The translations under genes and the position numbers were made by a program. A DNA stretch of 26,329 nt from a virus (taxonomy: Duplodnaviria; Caudoviricetes), in the IMG/VR virus record IMGVR_UViG_3300011337_000037, positions 1-26,329 of that record; one strand, given 5' to 3'. The notes beneath the pieces are model-generated. The model was not told the DNA's origin. It did no database searches and saw only the letters and a program-made list of their open reading frames with translations. Of this stretch, positions 1 to 6,417 are shown in pieces; positions within the stretch are counted from its first letter, which is position 1; every line of letters begins with the position of its first letter.

Positions 1-447
1 AGTTGCTCTCTCTTTCTTTATATCTATACTCTTCTCTTCTCTTCTCTTCTCTGGTAACGCATTTGTAACGCTCGATGCGTTACTATTTGCGTTACTTTCA
101 TCGTTACTTCTATGCTTATCTTGCCTATTTTTGCCTAAAGCACGTTTTTTAGCTGTTTCACCATTGTGATATTCAAAGTTTGGCAGGCTCAGTACATGAC
201 CTTCTTGGTTTAACCAACCAACGAAAGACATCTGTTCTGCAAAACCTGTGATTCCAGCCAAGCGATCTAGTAACGCATATGTAACGCTTAGTGCGTTACC
301 ATCAACTGTGTGTGTGTCAAACCATGACCAAATACGTACAAGTTTTCCGACAACTGCATCAGGGTCTAAATTCATCCTAGATGCTATTGCAAGAACTTCT
401 GGCTTATCTGGCGTATCTTTTTGAAGTTTTATCCAATCGCCAGCCAT
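1..447 (-). CDS. Phage replication initiator protein, N-terminal part (runs off window start)
   Basis: Not in the ORF track. Manual translation from ATG 447 gives MAGDWIKLQKDTPDKPEVLAIASRMNLDPDAVVGKLVRIWSWFD...PNFEYHNGETAKKRA...ALPEKRREEKSI, open to base 1. The MAGDWIK start and EKRREEK linker are typical of lambdoid-type replication initiators, and the gene contains iteron-like repeats. Confidence 0.8.
   Translation of the reverse strand, partial: MAGDWIKLQKDTPDKPEVLAIASRMNLDPDAVVGKLVRIWSWFDTHTVDGNALSVTYALLDRLAGITGFAEQMSFVGWLNQEGHVLSLPNFEYHNGETAKKRALGKNRQDKHRSNDESNANSNASSVTNALPEKRREEKSIDIKKERAT
54..107. repeat. Iteron-like GTAACGC/GCGTTAC array (putative replication origin)
   Basis: GTAACGC at 54 and 65; inverted GCGTTAC at 77 and 89; TCGTTAC at 101 (11-12 bp spacing). 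Lies next to a (CTCTT)n tract at about 29-50, inside the initiator gene. Confidence 0.7.
270..299. repeat. Second iteron-like triplet
   Basis: GTAACGC-N4-GTAACGC-N5-GCGTTAC, 26/30 identical to 54-83, with all mismatches in the spacers. Confidence 0.6.
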
Positions 448-448
448 G

Positions 449-691
449 TCATACCACCCAATCTATTGAACTAACAACCTGAACAACAAGATAACGCTTC
501 CCATCCGCCTGCTTGGATAGGCGATCAGCTTCTTGTGTTGCCTTCAACAGAGAGTCGTGTATGCAAGTAAATCGCATACTTTTTGTTTTACGGCTTTGAC
601 GCATTACTGCGTACATACCTTGTAAATCTAAAAGGGGAGTGTCGCCAATCATCGTTTTAGGATGAGGCTTTTTGAGACTAAGAGTAGCCAT
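449..691 (-). CDS. Hypothetical phage protein (80 aa)
   Basis: ORF abuts the initiator start and has an AAGG SD-like sequence upstream. Confidence 0.7.
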   Translation of the reverse strand: MATLSLKKPHPKTMIGDTPLLDLQGMYAVMRQSRKTKSMRFTCIHDSLLKATQEADRLSKQADGKRYLVVQVVSSIDWVV

Positions 692-725
692 GTTTTAACC
701 TTACTTCTTCGGTTGACTTCACAAG

Positions 726-784
726 ACACGCTTTTGGCAGGATGGTGAAGTATCATCTTTTCGGGAGCTACCCTAGCCGCGTGT
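726..784 (-). ncRNA. Putative structured regulatory RNA (C4-antisense-like three-way junction)
   Basis: Minus strand reads ACACGC-GGC-TAG-GGTAGCTCCC-GAAAA-GATGATACTTCACCATC-CT-GCC-AAAA-GCGTGT: a closing stem plus two hairpins. The loop ACTTCAC is complementary to the downstream GTGAAGT (716-722). Confidence 0.6.
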
Positions 785-788
785 AAAC

Positions 789-797
789 ATTGTATCA
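789..797 (-). promoter_or_regulatory. Extended -10 promoter (TGnTACAAT) for the putative RNA and downstream genes
   Basis: Minus-strand TGATACAAT ends a few nt upstream of the RNA's 5' stem. Confidence 0.55.
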
Positions 798-1157
798 AAT
801 AAATTGATTATTTGTGATTTCTTTTGCTTGAGGTTTTCCAAGCAGTCTTTTAGCTTGCATATTCATCACCGCATATTCAGCCTTGGTAAAGATACCTTTG
901 GCGTTTCTGATGTCAAAAGGATTGAGTAGGCATCTAGGCTTTTCAGGTTCTTTAACCTCAATCATGTGTTCAGCAAGGGTGTATTTCAATACCCAAGAGC
1001 GTCCCATCTTGATCTTTTCAGCAGTAAGTTCATTCTTACGAATCATTTTCTTACAAGCAGCAACAATAGAATTCCTTGGGATGCGTGTCAAGTTCTCCAT
1101 GTCGTAAGAGGTAAGAGAGCCATTTTGTAAAGCAGTAATGATTGATTCTTTGGTCAT
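795..1157 (-). CDS. Putative winged-helix/HTH DNA-binding protein
   Basis: N-terminus TKESIITALQNGSLTSYDMENLTRIPRNSIVAACKKMIRKNEL fits a wHTH pattern followed by a beta-wing. Confidence 0.6.
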   Translation of the reverse strand: MTKESIITALQNGSLTSYDMENLTRIPRNSIVAACKKMIRKNELTAEKIKMGRSWVLKYTLAEHMIEVKEPEKPRCLLNPFDIRNAKGIFTKAEYAVMNMQAKRLLGKPQAKEITNNQFI

Positions 1158-1327
1158 AGGTTCTCTAGGTTAATTGGTCGGTTTAGATGGAGTTCTAGCG
1201 TCCTAGCAAGCAGTGCTGTTACAGACGCAGTGAGATCCTCTGGTTCGGTTGTATAAGCATCTGCCATTGTTTGAGAGTACCCAAGCAAGGCTTCAGCGCA
1301 TCTTTTTTCAAGTATTTCAATGTTCAT
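1154..1327 (-). CDS. Hypothetical protein (57 aa), possibly leaderless
   Basis: Manual translation MNIEILEKRCAEALLGYSQTMADAYTTEPEDLTASVTALLARTLELHLNRPINLENL*, with an ATGA overlap onto the next gene. Confidence 0.7.
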   Translation of the reverse strand: MNIEILEKRCAEALLGYSQTMADAYTTEPEDLTASVTALLARTLELHLNRPINLENL

Positions 1328-1333
1328 ACGAGT

Positions 1334-1362
1334 AGCCTAACATGATAAAAAAGTTGCGTAAA
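1334..1362 (-). promoter_or_regulatory. Leftward sigma70-like promoter
   Basis: Minus strand TTTACG-N17-TAGGCT with an extended TG; the -10 ends 6 nt before ATG 1327. Confidence 0.5.
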
Positions 1363-1386
1363 TTAGGGAAAACCCCTATGTAAATT
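1358..1386. promoter_or_regulatory. Operator-like palindrome between the divergent operons
   Basis: TAGGG-AAAAC-CCCTA (1364-1378), flanked by GTAAATT direct repeats at 1358 and 1380. Confidence 0.5.
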
Positions 1387-1450
1387 CAGGAATGTATGTG
1401 GCACATTAGTGGTGTGGGCAAACAGTAACCCACGTTTAAAAGGAGTAAAT

Positions 1451-1651
1451 ATGCCAATGCTTAATGGAAAAAAGGTCGTAGACCTAGAAGTAGATGGGGT
1501 AGATAGTAATGATTACCCAGACTTTTCTGATGCCTACTTTTCAGGTGGATGCTATGAAGATGGGACTGACTTGACAGACGATGAGTTGATTCAACTTGCC
1601 GATCTATCAGGTGATGTTCTGTACGAAATGGCGTACGACTCTCTACACTAA
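1451..1651 (+). CDS. Small highly acidic early protein (66 aa)
   Basis: AGGAG SD at 1441 and ATG at 1451; 17 D/E versus 2 K; DYPDFSDAYF motif. Confidence 0.75.
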   Translation: MPMLNGKKVVDLEVDGVDSNDYPDFSDAYFSGGCYEDGTDLTDDELIQLADLSGDVLYEMAYDSLH

Positions 1652-1836
1652 TGAAAACACTATTTCAGATCTATGTGGAAGAGTTTTCTGACATCCACTA
1701 CTGTCCTTATTGCTTGACAATCAAGGGAAATAAAATAGTCTGTTGCCAAGAAGCAGACTTTATCGAGTTCAAGGACTTATATCCTGAACAACAAAAGCAA
1801 ATCATTGAAGACGAATTAGATCAATATTCTTACTAA
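1651..1836 (+). CDS. Small Cys-rich (putative Zn-binding) protein
   Basis: CPYC...CC motif; TAATG coupling to the upstream gene. Confidence 0.7.
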   Translation: MKTLFQIYVEEFSDIHYCPYCLTIKGNKIVCCQEADFIEFKDLYPEQQKQIIEDELDQYSY

Positions 1837-1847
1837 TGGGAGTTAAT

Positions 1848-2465
1848 ATGGGTTCAGTACACAAAAAGTTGATGGAAGCGAGAATGTTATTGCAACACGC
1901 TCCACTCAAGAAATCAGGTCACAACAAGTTTGCAGGGTATTCATACTTTGAACTAGGTGACTTTCTGCCAACAATCAATTCAATCTTCTATAAGACTGGT
2001 TTGTGCGGTGTTGTATCGTTCGATAAAGAACTAGCAACCCTTACCATTACAGACTCAGAAGATGGCTCACAGATCCTTTTGACAAGCCCTATGGCAGAAG
2101 CCAATCTGAAGGGATGCCATCCCATACAAAACCTTGGTGCGGTGGAGACATATACCAGGCGCTATCTTTGGGTATCAGCAATGGAGATTGTTGAGCATGA
2201 TGCTTTAGACTCCTCTGCTCCTTTGAAAGAGGATAAGGTCATTATCAGCCCAACTCAGGGTGCAACAGATAACATTCCTCCAGAGGAATTACAGTACTTG
2301 CAAGAGATGGCAGTCGATTTGATTGCCACTTGTGAGCAAGGTGATCCCAAGGCAGCTTGGGTTAAGTTAGAGGGAGAGAACCTAGACGATCAACAAAAAA
2401 TCGCCTTGTGGACACTCCTTCCCAGTAAAGTGCGTACAGCTTTGAAAAAAGCTAAGGAAATGTAA
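1848..2465 (+). CDS. erf: ERF-family single-strand annealing recombinase
   Basis: KKSGHNKFAGYSYFELGDFLP and GAVETYTRRYLW match the ERF G-x-x-x-T-Y-x-R-R-Y signature; GGGAG SD before ATG 1848. Confidence 0.85.
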   Translation: MGSVHKKLMEARMLLQHAPLKKSGHNKFAGYSYFELGDFLPTINSIFYKTGLCGVVSFDKELATLTITDSEDGSQILLTSPMAEANLKGCHPIQNLGAVETYTRRYLWVSAMEIVEHDALDSSAPLKEDKVIISPTQGATDNIPPEELQYLQEMAVDLIATCEQGDPKAAWVKLEGENLDDQQKIALWTLLPSKVRTALKKAKEM

Positions 2466-2969
2466 ATGCTTACACAAAAAGAAGCGCAAGAATGCTTTGA
2501 TTACAAAGATGGCATTTTGTATTGGAAAGTTAAAGCAGCCAATCGTGTAAAAATTGGCAGTCCAGCGGGGTCATTTGATCCGTCAACTGGCTATCACAAA
2601 ACACACGTTCACAGAAAATTTTATAAAACACATAGAGTTATATTTTTGTACCACCACGGCTATTTGCCTGATTTTGTTGACCATATAGATGGAGATAAGC
2701 TAAACAACAGAATAGAGAATTTGAGGGCTGCTACAAAGTCTCAAAATTGTATGAATCAAAAGATTAGCACTAGAAATACAAGTGGGACAAAAGGAGTTAT
2801 GTGGCTCAAAAGAGAGCAAAAATGGTTGGTTGCCTTAAGAGTTAATTCAATACTGCATAGTTTTGGATACTTTAAGGATAAGGAGTTAGCAGAGTTAGTA
2901 GCAGTAGAAGCAACAAACAAGTTGCATCAAGATTTTTCAGCATACAAAGGAGTGTTAAATGGACAATAA
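2466..2969 (+). CDS. HNH homing endonuclease with AP2-like C-terminus
   Basis: HRVIF...VDHIDGDKLNNRIENLR is an HNH_3-type motif; NTSGTKGV...W...GYF is AP2-like. Confidence 0.88.
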   Translation: MLTQKEAQECFDYKDGILYWKVKAANRVKIGSPAGSFDPSTGYHKTHVHRKFYKTHRVIFLYHHGYLPDFVDHIDGDKLNNRIENLRAATKSQNCMNQKISTRNTSGTKGVMWLKREQKWLVALRVNSILHSFGYFKDKELAELVAVEATNKLHQDFSAYKGVLNGQ

Positions 2970-3207
2970 ACAAAATCAGCGGGATAACAGTGGGGTACTT
3001 TTCAAAAATGAGAAAAAAGACAATGAACGTGCGCCTGAATATAAGGGCAACATAACTGTTGGAGGTCAGGATTACTGGCTATCTGCTTGGATAAAAGAGG
3101 GTAAATCAGGCAAATTCATGGGTTTAGCAGTATCACCCAAGGAAGACTACCAACCCAAGCAAGCCCCTAAGAAGGCTAGTTTCGCAGACGAAGACCTGCC
3201 CTTTTAA
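2959..3207 (+). CDS. Putative single-stranded DNA-binding protein
   Basis: NSGVLFKN...PEYKG...YWLSAW core, an acidic DEDLPF C-terminal tail like SSB-Ct, and location beside ERF. Confidence 0.7.
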   Translation: MDNKQNQRDNSGVLFKNEKKDNERAPEYKGNITVGGQDYWLSAWIKEGKSGKFMGLAVSPKEDYQPKQAPKKASFADEDLPF

Positions 3208-3215
3208 ATTTTAAC

Positions 3216-3290
3216 GGGGGAAAGCGGATTCCGCCCGAAATGTTGAATTGCGGACAAGTAGCGCAGTATCTGTGGTGCAGCGAGTACCCC
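3216..3290 (+). ncRNA. Putative structured RNA with loop-E/bulged-G module
   Basis: GGGG-GAAA-GC ... GC-GAGTA-CCCC closing helix, with internal stems TCCGC/GCGGA and CGCAG/CTGTG, in a GC-rich intergenic island. Confidence 0.5.
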
Positions 3291-3308
3291 ACCTAATAGG
3301 AGTCAATA

Positions 3309-3620
3309 ATGGATTATAAAAATGTTTTCGATAAGATGTTTCCTAACTTCCCAAGAGTCAGGACAACAGACCCAGTAACTTCTTTTGAAGCAGCAGAGTC
3401 TATCAAACCAGTAGCAGGACAACACTTTCAGGTAATTCTGGAGTGTTTACAGACGTATGGTGCGCTTGGAAAAGATGGGATAGCCTCTCTTACCAACTTA
3501 GATGGCAATCAGGTTGCAAGACGTTTAAACGAGATGCAGAAGATTGGTCTAATCCAACTTACTGGCAAAACAGTTAAATCAAATTCTGGTAGAAACGAAA
3601 GAGAGTGGTCTGTATGCTAG
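3309..3620 (+). CDS. Putative winged-helix DNA-binding protein
   Basis: RTTDPVTSFEAA followed by an HTH-like segment (DGIASLTNLDGNQVARRLNEM) and a wing (SGRNEREW); AGGAG SD. Confidence 0.7.
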   Translation: MDYKNVFDKMFPNFPRVRTTDPVTSFEAAESIKPVAGQHFQVILECLQTYGALGKDGIASLTNLDGNQVARRLNEMQKIGLIQLTGKTVKSNSGRNEREWSVC

Positions 3621-3796
3621 AAAAACCACCACATTCCAAGATCAGCTATCCATCAGTCCCCATGAAAGACTTTAAGTGGGAGTCAGGATCAGACGTTCAA
3701 ACTCTGTGGAGAAAGCATGGATGGATTCCACCTTCAGAGAGTATCACTCCACCACCACCAGAGAAGGTAGACATTCCGTTAAGGAGAATTAGATGA
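3614..3796 (+). CDS. Hypothetical Pro-rich protein
   Basis: ORF overlaps both neighbours; likely ATG at 3614. Confidence 0.6.
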   Translation: MLEKPPHSKISYPSVPMKDFKWESGSDVQTLWRKHGWIPPSESITPPPPEKVDIPLRRIR

Positions 3797-4041
3797 CTGA
3801 ATGGACAAAAGAGGAAGACGAAGCCTTTAACATGGTTGAACAAAACAGCAACCTTGGTAAGCAAATCCTAAGAAGCAACAAATCTAGTGGTATGGACTGC
3901 TGCACATACGATTGTACCCAAGGCAGAAACTGTCCTGTTAGGGCTAGAGCGCTAGAAGAGGTAGCCCAAGAGTTTGACAAGATGCCATTTGGCGACACAG
4001 CATCTAGCTTTGCCACTTTCGTAAGAAGGATGATAGGTTAA
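3793..4041 (+). CDS. Hypothetical protein with Cys cluster
   Basis: CCTYDCTQGRNCPVR motif; AAGGAG SD; ATGA overlap; last gene of the plus-strand operon. Confidence 0.7.
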   Translation: MTEWTKEEDEAFNMVEQNSNLGKQILRSNKSSGMDCCTYDCTQGRNCPVRARALEEVAQEFDKMPFGDTASSFATFVRRMIG

Positions 4042-4631
4042 CCAAGGACAGAGAGAGCATGGGCAATGTGCTTTTCTCTGTCTGCCAAACCTATAAAGCC
4101 ACCATTGATCTTCTTAGTCATGGTCTTGTAGTCTTGAGAATCAGCATATTGGTTTAGTTTATGTGTATCCCAGAACCATCCCGCAGTAAGGGCGGCATAC
4201 ATAGGAGTCGCTACAAGGTCTGGATTCATTACAAAATCCACCCCTAGAGCCTGACCAGCATGGTAATAATTGGCGTGTCCTGTCAATTGGATACACCCAC
4301 GACCTCTAAACCGATAGCCATCACCAGAAGCCTCATCCCTGTTGCCCATCCGACTAGAGTAAACAGTATTGGCAATCAACTTAGGATTACGAGCGCACAT
4401 CTGTGCTTTGGTGGCGTCAAACCTTCTAGGCCATAACTTCTGTAAAGCCTCTGCACGATAGTTCAAATTCTCTTCAAGAATCCTGAAGTTCCCACATTCA
4501 TGCCCACATTGACCAATGAAAGCAGCCTTTCTAAGGGGATTCATAATGTCAAAACGCTCAAAAGTAGCATTTAAACCATCTAGCCACTCAGAGCCAATAT
4601 GAAGTTGTTTGAGTTGTTCAGCGTTTATCAT
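4038..4631 (-). CDS. Endolysin, glycoside hydrolase family 19
   Basis: AAFIGQCGHEC, ENLNY, GDGYRFRGRGCIQLTG, AGWFW and INGGFIGL are GH19 motifs. Confidence 0.92.
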   Translation of the reverse strand: MINAEQLKQLHIGSEWLDGLNATFERFDIMNPLRKAAFIGQCGHECGNFRILEENLNYRAEALQKLWPRRFDATKAQMCARNPKLIANTVYSSRMGNRDEASGDGYRFRGRGCIQLTGHANYYHAGQALGVDFVMNPDLVATPMYAALTAGWFWDTHKLNQYADSQDYKTMTKKINGGFIGLADREKHIAHALSVLG

Positions 4632-5115
4632 TCAACAAATCTCTCATCTGATTGTACGAATCTACACAGGCATTGAGTGCAGCAGTATTCCGATCCCCTT
4701 GGGCTACTATTTCGGCAATGGCTTGGAGGGTTGCTCTGTCGGCATCAGAAGCTGTGTCAGTCGGTCTGTCAGGTTCACGGGTTGTTTCTGTATTTGTGGT
4801 GGCAACGGGGGCACTTGTGGGGGCTTGTACACAACTGGCGGTGTTGAGCCGCACCCTACCATCCCTAATAGCACGATCAAGAGCAGACTGTTTCTGAGTG
4901 ACAACATTGTTAACCTCCAAAAGTTTACTGGCAGTAGTGTTTAATTGCTCGTTGAGCTTCTGTTCTGTCTGACGGGATTCATCGTTCTTCTTGGCAATCT
5001 CAATCTGCATCTCCTTATCTCTGTCTGACCAACCAAAGTGATAACCACCTCGGTAAGTGCCAAACAGAGTAATACATAGACCAACCAATAGCCAAGGTAG
5101 TGGTATGCCAAACAT
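4618..5115 (-). CDS. Rz-like inner-membrane spanin
   Basis: N-terminal TM helix, coiled-coil periplasmic region, two Cys, and an embedded lipoprotein ORF. Confidence 0.8.
   Translation of the reverse strand: MFGIPLPWLLVGLCITLFGTYRGGYHFGWSDRDKEMQIEIAKKNDESRQTEQKLNEQLNTTASKLLEVNNVVTQKQSALDRAIRDGRVRLNTASCVQAPTSAPVATTNTETTREPDRPTDTASDADRATLQAIAEIVAQGDRNTAALNACVDSYNQMRDLLNDKR
4707..4907 (-). CDS. Rz1-like outer-membrane spanin lipoprotein (embedded in Rz)
   Basis: Signal peptide MLSLRNSLLLIVLLGMVG|C with a lipobox, a Pro-rich mature part, and full nesting in another frame of the Rz gene. Confidence 0.8.
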   Translation of the reverse strand: MLSLRNSLLLIVLLGMVGCGSTPPVVYKPPQVPPLPPQIQKQPVNLTDRLTQLLMPTEQPSKPLPK

Positions 5116-5576
5116 TATCCGACCTCTTTTCTAGCCATAGCCAATTGCTCACGCTCGTGATCTGCTTCTAACAAATCAGGAGGTGTAGTCGGAGGAGGTG
5201 GTGGTGTCCAAGATTCATCTAAATCAGGATTCTTGAAGTTCAACCAATTAGGTGCTGAAGTGGTTGGAGTCCAAGTAGAGATAACAGGTGGAGGTTCAGG
5301 AGTGGGTTTAAACGCATTTACAGCCGCTCCTACGCCCTTTTTACCAATAACCCCACCTATCCCACCAACAATGAGCAAAACGATGTCATTGAGCATCTTG
5401 GTATAAGCCATATCAATTGGAGCCATGCTCTTGATAGGCTGAGTAACAAAGGTGACAGAGTACAGCAAAGCAATAACAATGAAGCAAAGAATCAATGTGA
5501 CCATGACGACCACAAATCCCCATACATAGGTTTCTACTTCTTCAATTGTTGGTCTTGGTTTCTGATTGCTGTTCAT
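5115..5576 (-). CDS. Two-TM membrane protein, holin candidate, Pro-rich C-terminal tail
   Basis: Two hydrophobic segments; lies in the lysis cassette. Confidence 0.6.
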   Translation of the reverse strand: MNSNQKPRPTIEEVETYVWGFVVVMVTLILCFIVIALLYSVTFVTQPIKSMAPIDMAYTKMLNDIVLLIVGGIGGVIGKKGVGAAVNAFKPTPEPPPVISTWTPTTSAPNWLNFKNPDLDESWTPPPPPTTPPDLLEADHEREQLAMARKEVG

Positions 5577-5745
5577 TGACTTTTTTCTCCAAGATTGGGG
5601 CTACAAGGTATTCAGGACAAGTCTGTGTAAACAAACACTTAGGTTTCTGACAGTTAGCATGAACAAAGTTCTCAGGATTTTGGCAAAAGTATCTGTAGCG
5701 ATCCTCACAGCCAGTCAGCAACAATAACAAAAGCAAATATCTCAT
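5542..5745 (-). CDS. Small Cys-rich lipoprotein
   Basis: MRYLLLLLLLTG|C lipobox and four further Cys. Confidence 0.75.
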   Translation of the reverse strand: MRYLLLLLLLTGCEDRYRYFCQNPENFVHANCQKPKCLFTQTCPEYLVAPILEKKVNEQQSETKTNN

Positions 5746-5891
5746 ATTGGCAACTTTGCTAGAAGGGCGTTCATAATTCTGTCTGACAAGAAGTTAGGAA
5801 GTACTTTCATAATGTCAAAGAACAATATAGCCCCCCATGTATAACCAACTATCTTGAAAGACATATCTGCTTGTTTTTGATAGAAGTTCAT
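5742..5891 (-). CDS. Small hydrophobic protein (49 aa)
   Basis: Manual translation MNFYQKQADMSFKIVGYTWGAILFFDIMKVLPNFLSDRIMNALLAKLPI*, with ATGA overlaps on both sides. Confidence 0.65.
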   Translation of the reverse strand: MNFYQKQADMSFKIVGYTWGAILFFDIMKVLPNFLSDRIMNALLAKLPI

Positions 5892-6382
5892 CTGCCACAC
5901 CTTACTTTGGCACAATGGTCTAAAGCCTCAAAAATACCAAAAGCAACCAAAGCAAACACCAAAACAATACCGCCTATCAGCAGTCCCATTTCTAGTTCTT
6001 CTTGCTCTTTCCTTTTCTTCTTAGCATCGGCTTCTTTCTCTCTACGAGCATTGTGAGCATCCTCTACATCCATAGCCTGTGCTCTGGCCTTAATCTTTGC
6101 CCACACATCCATCTTATTAGCTTGGAAGAACAACATTTGAAGTTCTTTCTCAAACTCCCTAGTGGACTCTAGAGCCATCTCAATCTCGATAGCCATACCC
6201 ATGCTAGAGCCACCCTTCTTGGCGGCAGCTACAGCCTTTGTAGCATCACTCTTAGCATTGAAATACTTACCAAGTAAAGGCCCAAGCGAAGCAACATCAT
6301 CAACAGTCTTAGAAGCCTGTTTAATCAGTTTTACAGCACTCTGTATTCCTGCAAGAGCTGTTACGGGGTCTATGGGCAACAT
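5888..6382 (-). CDS. Helical protein with C-terminal TM anchor
   Basis: IDPVTALAG N-terminus, charged coiled coil and a C-terminal hydrophobic helix. Confidence 0.7.
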   Translation of the reverse strand: MLPIDPVTALAGIQSAVKLIKQASKTVDDVASLGPLLGKYFNAKSDATKAVAAAKKGGSSMGMAIEIEMALESTREFEKELQMLFFQANKMDVWAKIKARAQAMDVEDAHNARREKEADAKKKRKEQEELEMGLLIGGIVLVFALVAFGIFEALDHCAKVRCGR

Positions 6383-6417
6383 AATAAAACCATTTAACTA
6401 AAAACTATGGTTTTATT
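6383..6417. promoter_or_regulatory. Perfect 11-bp inverted repeat over the translation start region of the first lysis-cassette gene
   Basis: AATAAAACCAT (6383-6393) and ATGGTTTTATT (6407-6417) with a 13-nt loop. Confidence 0.5.

Noticed and set aside
1409-1450. Upstream GTG start for the acidic ORF
   Set aside because: A strong AGGAG SD precedes ATG 1451, so the extension is more likely leader sequence.
3216-3290. Possible tRNA or intrinsic terminator
   Set aside because: No T-loop GTTC or D-loop consensus, no 7-bp acceptor stem and no U-tract; kept only as an unassigned structured RNA.
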